Part shown: positions 35,890 through 42,020 of the stretch, one piece after another
Layout of the letters: each line of letters begins with the position of its first letter
How positions within the stretch are numbered: position 1 is the stretch's first letter
DNA from: Deltaproteobacteria bacterium TL4
GTDB lineage: Bacteria; SAR324; NAC60-12
Direction: 5' to 3'
Length of the DNA: 42,020 nucleotides
Assembly: GCA_051382335.1 (NCBI GenBank)
Contig: JBBCAX010000183.1
Coordinates: 1-42,020 of the forward strand
Notes under the pieces: model-generated
Database searches by the model: none
Told to the model about the DNA's origin: nothing
The model's input: the letters and a program-made list of their open reading frames with translations, nothing else
Translations under genes and position numbers: made by a program

Positions 35890-37911
35890 TTAAAAACGAT
35901 CTTGAGGGTCGCTCCTTTCTGTATTATTCGTGGCAGCGACCGGAGGAAGGGTTTGCGTAAGAAATTGCAGGAATGTTTCAGGAGAACTGATTCCGGCTCG
36001 TTTTGCTAAAACAGCGTTGTTGGGAGAAAGTACCACATAGAAAGGAAGCGCAAAGGTTCCAAACCGTTCTACCTGAAGTTTTTGGTTGTTTTCATAACCT
36101 TCGCCACCGTCAGTATAGAGTTGGACTAAAATAAAGTTATTTTTCAGTAAGTCGAATACCGAATTATCGGCAAAAGCATTTTTTTCCATCCAGCGACAAT
36201 TCACACACGTGTATCCTGTAAAATCAATAAAGACCGATTTTTGTTCTGCTTTGGCCTGAAGCAGTGCTTTGTCCAGCTCCTGGTACCAGGGAAGTCTATG
36301 GACTTGGTCCATCGATTGTTTATTGCTCATTTCCGTTTGCCCCGCAATGGATTTTGTGTTCAGTTCGGGAGGCATATAGGACTCAGTCCAGCCATCCAGG
36401 GGTTTGCCTGCGGTTCCATAACCAAAATAAACAAGCAGGGCTAGCAGGGGCAGCGCTAAAAGGAGATGGGGCCTCCGTATTTTGATGTTTGTTACACCCA
36501 ACATCGGGAATTTCCCCAAAACCACCAAGACCATTCCCAGAGCGGAAAGCGTCCATACGCCCAGTACAACCGAACGGTTGATAACGCCCCATCCCCAAAC
36601 CAGGTCGGCATTGCTTAAAAACTTAAAAGCGGCCATCAATTCAACAAAGCCAAGACTCACCTTCAGTTGAGTCATCCAATGCCCGCTTTTCGATTGTAAG
36701 GACTGTATCAGCTTCGGAAACAACGCTAACAGAAAAAAGGGAAAGGCAAATACCGAAGAGAAAACCAGCATCCCGATAATCGGCCACATCCATTCTCCTT
36801 GTGCCGCGGCAATCAGCAAGGTTCCGACAAATTGAACAGTGCAGGTGAAAGCGGTCAGAGTGAAGACCATTCCCATGACGCCTACTCCAACAAAGCCAGC
36901 GCTTTTCCGGGACAACTGATCTGCGGCCTGTATCCAGCCGGAGGGCAGACCCAGTTCAAAAAAGCCCATCAAACTCAACGCGAAAATGACGAACAAAAGC
37001 GAAATGATCAGGTTGATCCAAGGATTGGAAGCAAGCTGGGCCGCACCCGAGGCTCCCATAAAAGTGGCCAGCAATAACCCTGTCCCGGTGTAGGTTAAAA
37101 CAATTCCCAAGGAGAACGTCATCGCTAAGGCCAGCAAGTGTCGATGGGAGTTGGAGGCTTGTTTTGAGAAAAAGGAGACAGTGACCGGAATCATCGGAAA
37201 AACACAGGGAGTCAGCCAGGCAATAGCCCCCATCACCGCGGCTAATAAGACAAAAGCCCAGAATCCCTTTGATACCGCGTCCTTCAAAGTATTTGCGGAA
37301 GGAAGGAAGGACTCCGAAGACGGAATTTCGTCAATGACCCGATTCATAAACGCATACGCCGGACGAACAGGCCCCTGTTCTACCTCAAACGAAATTTGAA
37401 GTGGCGCAAAAGCGGGAGGAAGGCAGAGTTTATCACTACAGGTTTGGTATTGTATTTTTCCCTCAAGTTGGTGCGTTCCCAAGACAAAATTTTCAGGGAT
37501 TTTGAAATTCTGATAAAATTTACTTCCTGTTTCGTGGTAAGCCAGAACCATCCCTAAAACCGCATCATGTTCCACAAGGGGATTGGTCTCATAAACGGGA
37601 CTTTGAGGGACTAAGGCAGGAGTGTTCCATTCAATCTTCGTGGGAGGAGGCGCAAATTCGTCCTCTGACGGAATGACGGAATAAATATGCCAGCCTTCAA
37701 CGATGTTGGCGCTAACAACCACACGGACTTTCTCTCCTGCTCTCGCGTTTGAGGGATCCATCTGTGCTTCAAAAGAGGCCAGAGGTCGTTTACTATCAAA
37801 ACTTAAGTCTTGTGCTTCTAACTGGAAGTTGGAATTTCCCAGTATTAAGGCCAAGGAAAGAAGGACAAACGATCTGAAGATAAAAGGAGGAAGCATATTT
37901 TTTCCATTCAT
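35890..37911 (-). CDS. dsbD: Thiol:disulfide interchange protein DsbD-like (N-terminal Ig domain, TM domain, thioredoxin)
   Basis: GWHIY, QTCSDKLCLPP, TPCVFPMIP, FTCT, DFTGYTCVNC. Confidence 0.9.
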   Translation of the reverse strand: MNGKNMLPPFIFRSFVLLSLALILGNSNFQLEAQDLSFDSKRPLASFEAQMDPSNARAGEKVRVVVSANIVEGWHIYSVIPSEDEFAPPPTKIEWNTPALVPQSPVYETNPLVEHDAVLGMVLAYHETGSKFYQNFKIPENFVLGTHQLEGKIQYQTCSDKLCLPPAFAPLQISFEVEQGPVRPAYAFMNRVIDEIPSSESFLPSANTLKDAVSKGFWAFVLLAAVMGAIAWLTPCVFPMIPVTVSFFSKQASNSHRHLLALAMTFSLGIVLTYTGTGLLLATFMGASGAAQLASNPWINLIISLLFVIFALSLMGFFELGLPSGWIQAADQLSRKSAGFVGVGVMGMVFTLTAFTCTVQFVGTLLIAAAQGEWMWPIIGMLVFSSVFAFPFFLLALFPKLIQSLQSKSGHWMTQLKVSLGFVELMAAFKFLSNADLVWGWGVINRSVVLGVWTLSALGMVLVVLGKFPMLGVTNIKIRRPHLLLALPLLALLVYFGYGTAGKPLDGWTESYMPPELNTKSIAGQTEMSNKQSMDQVHRLPWYQELDKALLQAKAEQKSVFIDFTGYTCVNCRWMEKNAFADNSVFDLLKNNFILVQLYTDGGEGYENNQKLQVERFGTFALPFYVVLSPNNAVLAKRAGISSPETFLQFLTQTLPPVAATNNTERSDPQDRF

Positions 37912-38345
37912 TTTGTATGTTGTGATTTGAGTTCCTGCTCACGTTTGGCATGTGTTCTTTGAAGAGGTTCCGGCCATAAGGATTTGAAATATTCAAGGAT
38001 CAACTCAATTTTGTCGTCTCCCAGCAGTCCCCCAAAACCGTGCATCACCGAATTTCCCAACAGAGGCCCTTTACTTGTGATTTGACGTAACATTTCGTCA
38101 GGATAAACCCACGCGCGTCCTGTGCCGTTCAATGCCGGAGCAAGGAAAACTCCATTCTCTCTGACTCCACCCATGGGTTTCGACACATCTTCACCTTCCG
38201 CATCAAAACCATGGCATGTCGAACAATGGAGATTGTACAGTCTTTCTCCTTGTTCAATACGGTCTGGTTCTTTCGAATGTGCGTCAAGCCCCCAGAAACT
38301 CAGAGAGAGCAGAAAAAAAAGTGAAAAAATCCGTATAAGCATCAT
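37908..38345 (-). CDS. Monoheme c-type cytochrome
   Basis: Signal peptide, GERLYNLHCSTCHG, APALNG, distal Met (VMHGF). Stop overlaps the dsbD start (ATGA). Confidence 0.9.
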   Translation of the reverse strand: MMLIRIFSLFFLLSLSFWGLDAHSKEPDRIEQGERLYNLHCSTCHGFDAEGEDVSKPMGGVRENGVFLAPALNGTGRAWVYPDEMLRQITSKGPLLGNSVMHGFGGLLGDDKIELILEYFKSLWPEPLQRTHAKREQELKSQHTK

Positions 38346-38598
38346 GATTATTTTTAAACAGGTTAACGATTCCGGGACACTTTACCATTTTTCATTGAAG
38401 GAATCCATCTCAATCCTAAGAAAGTCATCCAGGTTTTAGACTAATTGGAAGAGTTGAACCCTCTCTTCCCGTCCTCTAATGGCGACGGGGCCTAAAGAAA
38501 TTCCGGTGGTGTCCCAGCTTGACTTACAAATCAAAAATTCAACCATCCAGGTGGCTCCTCTTATGATCAAGTCCGAGATTTTTCATTTAATATTCATT

Positions 38599-38622
38599 CT
38601 CTGTGGCTCTGTGGCTCTGTGG
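38599..38622. repeat. (CTCTGTGG)x3 tandem repeat
   Basis: Read directly. Confidence 0.8.
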
Positions 38623-38677
38623 CAAATACCCACTGAACGGTTCCAACGGAGAATATTATTTGTGAATAGTGCCTTGT

Positions 38678-40252
38678 CTACATCCCCCAAACGGTGAGGG
38701 GATGCCCTTCAAAAATTCTGGATTTTTGGAAGATTTTCTTACTCCAGACCACTTTGGGTCTGCGGTTGAAAATAATCAGATGTCCTTCATCAGTACCACA
38801 ACGGTCCATATATTCCCAGGTTTGTCCAAGTCCTTCACGGATGGTGGCTTCGAGGGAATCGTACTGGATTTTCATTTCAATCACAACTTCCTGCACGCCT
38901 CCTTCGTAGTTCCAAATGACCAGAAGATCGGTACGTCCGCGTCCCAACCCATATTCCCGTTCAATCCGTCCACCGCCATTGAGGATTCGCTGCAGAAACG
39001 CTTGTAGCAGCAATTGAGGTCCGGCTTCCTTGTAATCAAAGCGTTCCACCCAGTGTTCGGAGTGTTTGCGGAAAAATTCCTGAAAGGCGGTTAGTAGTTT
39101 GGGGATGTCGAGTTTTCCGTCAGGATTTACATACCAGAGGGTATCTTGAACAAGACTAATCTGGCTGGGATAGCTCAGTTCTCTGGGAATAATTTCCTGA
39201 TAAATACGATTGGAAATAGTGAGTCCCCTGTTAATCTGTTGCCCCAGGAGTCCTAAATCTATCACGTATTCCACATCATGAGGGTTCAGCATTTCCAAAG
39301 AACCCATTAAAAAAGGTTCCAGTACCCGTCGAACCCTATCTTCTTTTAATTTATCCGCCAGTTGATCCAGATGTGTTTCACGCCTCAGAATCAGGTTTTC
39401 CTTGGCTTGTTCCATGACAACAGCGGTGATGGGAATATTGCGATCACTGTCCCCTTTCATCCGGAAACAGCTTTCGTAAGCCAGGGCATTGACCAGCCAG
39501 GGTTGTCCGCATGTGAGTTCCCAGACCAGGTCAAGAGCTGTCTGCTCAAAGATTTGTCCCGTTTCCCTGGAGTGTTGGGCATAGAGTTCTTCCATCTCCT
39601 GACGGCTGAAATTTCCAAGACGCAAGGATTCATCCATGATGTTGAAGGCACTGCCGCCGGTGATGATGTCCTTGCCATCGGAGTGCATCCGATAATCCCG
39701 CACATCTCGCACTCCGCATAGAATAATGGTTTGTGGAAAACGAGAAGGTCGGTCAGTGTAGCCCGCACGAAGTTGACGAAGTACAGAGATCAGAGTGTCT
39801 CCAACCAGCGAGTCGATTTCATCCAGAAACAGAATGGTGGGAAGGGTTTGCGCTTGCGTCCAGACACGCAGGGTTTCATTCAGGGCATTATAGGCTCCAA
39901 CGGTATCCAGGATATTTTTCCATTGCGTTTGGAGTTCTGTAATTCCTTCCAAATCTTGAGCCTTGGAGGCAAAACTACTCAGGATGGCGCTCATAGCTTC
40001 CTGCACATTTTCCCGTGCGGCTTGCCCAGCTTCCACATTGACGTAGAGACAGTGATAGTTTCCGGTTTGATTCAAATAATCCCGTAAAGCCAGCAAACAG
40101 GATGTTTTTCCGGTCTGGCGGGGTGCGTGCAAAACAAAGTATTTTTTCTGTTCGATCAGAGCAAGTATGTTCTTCAGATCAAACCGCGACAAAGGGGATA
40201 AACTATAATGATCTTCAGGATTAACCGGTCCTGAAGTGTTGAAAAATCTCAT
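38678..40252 (-). CDS. AAA-type ATPase with C-terminal PD-(D/E)XK nuclease-like domain
   Basis: MRFFNTSGP, Walker A APRQTGKT, Walker B FLDEID, C-terminal GRTDLLV...VVIEMK. AGGAG SD. Confidence 0.85.
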   Translation of the reverse strand: MRFFNTSGPVNPEDHYSLSPLSRFDLKNILALIEQKKYFVLHAPRQTGKTSCLLALRDYLNQTGNYHCLYVNVEAGQAARENVQEAMSAILSSFASKAQDLEGITELQTQWKNILDTVGAYNALNETLRVWTQAQTLPTILFLDEIDSLVGDTLISVLRQLRAGYTDRPSRFPQTIILCGVRDVRDYRMHSDGKDIITGGSAFNIMDESLRLGNFSRQEMEELYAQHSRETGQIFEQTALDLVWELTCGQPWLVNALAYESCFRMKGDSDRNIPITAVVMEQAKENLILRRETHLDQLADKLKEDRVRRVLEPFLMGSLEMLNPHDVEYVIDLGLLGQQINRGLTISNRIYQEIIPRELSYPSQISLVQDTLWYVNPDGKLDIPKLLTAFQEFFRKHSEHWVERFDYKEAGPQLLLQAFLQRILNGGGRIEREYGLGRGRTDLLVIWNYEGGVQEVVIEMKIQYDSLEATIREGLGQTWEYMDRCGTDEGHLIIFNRRPKVVWSKKIFQKSRIFEGHPLTVWGM

Positions 40253-40689
40253 AAAAGCTCCTTTTTGTTTGTGGGCTTAGACGTGAAAACTCATAAAACT
40301 AACGTTATCTTAAAGGCCTTGGAAATTTTGTCCAAACCGCACCCATCCTGAGGCCTGACCTGCCCCATCAATTCTACAGAGTCGCCATGAGAGGACAGGA
40401 CCTCCGTGTTCAGTAGATCATTGTTATAAGCAAAAGTTGCAGGATAAGCAAGAAAGGATCCGATTAAACTGACATTGAGTAGTTGAAAAAAAGAAAAAAA
40501 TGAATAAAGATAGGAACTGCATTCAAACAGCTTTTATTCTCATCCTCAATTAACGGTATTTTGTATATGTTATCACCCAACTCGCCAAAAATGCTATATA
40601 CATCTCCCATTTTTAGCGGTGCAACCCCGAAGACCCCAGAAACGCTCAAACAATCAGGGGTGATTCTGACAGCATTTCAAAACAAAAAT

Positions 40690-41891
40690 TTGGAAAATCG
40701 AGGCATTCAAATAGAACGTCTTGATCATCTTGGCATAGTTACCGGCATCATAGATGATCTCAAGCTTGTGGAAATGATCGATTCTCGGGTTACTCCCCAT
40801 GAACGTGAGAAAATTACCTGCGGCGAAGCCGTCAAAGGGATGATTCTGAATGGTCTTGGCTTCTCAAACCGTCCCCTCACCTTGACGCCGCAATTCTTCG
40901 AAAATAAACCTCTATCCCTTTTATTCAGGGAGGGAGTCGAAGCAGAACACTTCAATCGTTTCAAACTGGGTAACAGTTTGGATGACCTTCACCGCTACGG
41001 ATGTGATCTGTTATTTTCTGAAATAGCCTTGGCTGTTTCGGAGAAAGAGAAGGTAGATACCCGTTTTCAAAGTTTAGACACCACCAATTTTTCACTTGCT
41101 GGAGAGTACCTCCCCGACAGCGACCCTCAAGCTGTTAACATTACATACGGTCACTCCAAGGCTCACCGAGCTGATCTAAAACAAATCACTTTAGAACTGA
41201 TAGCCAGTCAAGATGGAGGAATTCCCCTTTACACAAAAAGTTGGGATGGCAACGCATCGGATAATATCATCTTTGAAGAGCGCGCTCGCTCCCTCATTGA
41301 GACCTTCCGGCAATCTCCATCCCCCCAATATTTGATTATGGATTCCAAAGCCTATACTGAAAAAAACGCCAAGACCTTGAGCCCGTTAGGTTTTATTACG
41401 AGAATCCCCGAGACACTCAACATTGCCAAGTTTCTCATCCAGCAATCTCTTCGTTTTCATGAAGACTGGACGATATTGGACGAAAACTACAAGTATCAAC
41501 TCGTTGAGTTGGGTCACTTCTCAATGGATCAACGTTGGGTCATTGTTTTTTCTCAACACGCTTACTCCAGAGCGGAACACACCGTTGATCGAGCTCAGGA
41601 AAAGAGAACCGAAGCTATTTTGAAACAGTTGTTTCATTTACAGGCAACCGTTTTGAGACTCAGCAGGCGGCTCAAGAGGCTCTGGAACACTTAACCCAAA
41701 AGTGGTCCTACCACAAAATCAAGGACATCACTTTCACTTCGCATAAAAAATACAAAGGAACAGGCAAACCATCTGCCAATTCTCCTTATACGCTCCAATG
41801 GCAAATTAATGCCACTGTGATCTCTTGTGAGGAAAAAATAGAGCAGCTTAAAAAAGACAAGGCCTGTTTCATCGTGGCTACCAATATATGA
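40690..41891 (+). pseudogene. IS1634-family transposase, frameshifted and 3'-truncated
   Basis: LDHLGIV, MILNGLGFSNRPL, LDTTNFS, ITYGHSKAHRADLKQ, DGNASD, MDSKAY. Reading continues in another frame after about 41648 (RFETQQAAQEAL...CFIVATNI*). Confidence 0.9.
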
Positions 41892-42020
41892 GTCTGTTTA
41901 TTTAGTTGTTTATCTAAAATTTCTATAAATTTTATTTCGACGAACTTTTTTTAAAAAAAGTCCAACCAATTTCATTTCGCCTGTCTTTTTTTATAAAAAG
42001 CAAAACAATTACCCAAAATA

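Overview
Bacterial chromosomal window. The gene content suggests a deltaproteobacterium/SAR324-like organism, but that is inference only. Housekeeping genes are ccmCDE (ccmD is not in the ORF track), an NtrY-like kinase, a 5'-nucleotidase lipoprotein, a double-length fused UvrA, ruvC-ruvA (no ruvB), birA-coaX, and dsbD with a cytochrome c. Accessory genes are an SNF2 helicase + SWIM/HTH pair, two paralogous 7TM-DISM/HisKA/REC/PP2C sensors, a B12 radical SAM enzyme, a TerB-like protein, an AAA/PD-(D/E)XK protein, a broken IS1634 transposase and two unusual repeat proteins. The most striking signal is non-coding: REP-type palindromic doublets (GTAG, GGAG and CTGGGAG classes) are repeatedly packaged inside at least four different short terminal-inverted-repeat (TIR) shells. 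These elements abut, nest inside each other, carry different REP cargo within one shell family, supply a stop codon and sit at the end of a truncated gene. Two group II intron domain-I fragments lie next to such palindromes. No CRISPR array, rRNA or tRNA was seen.
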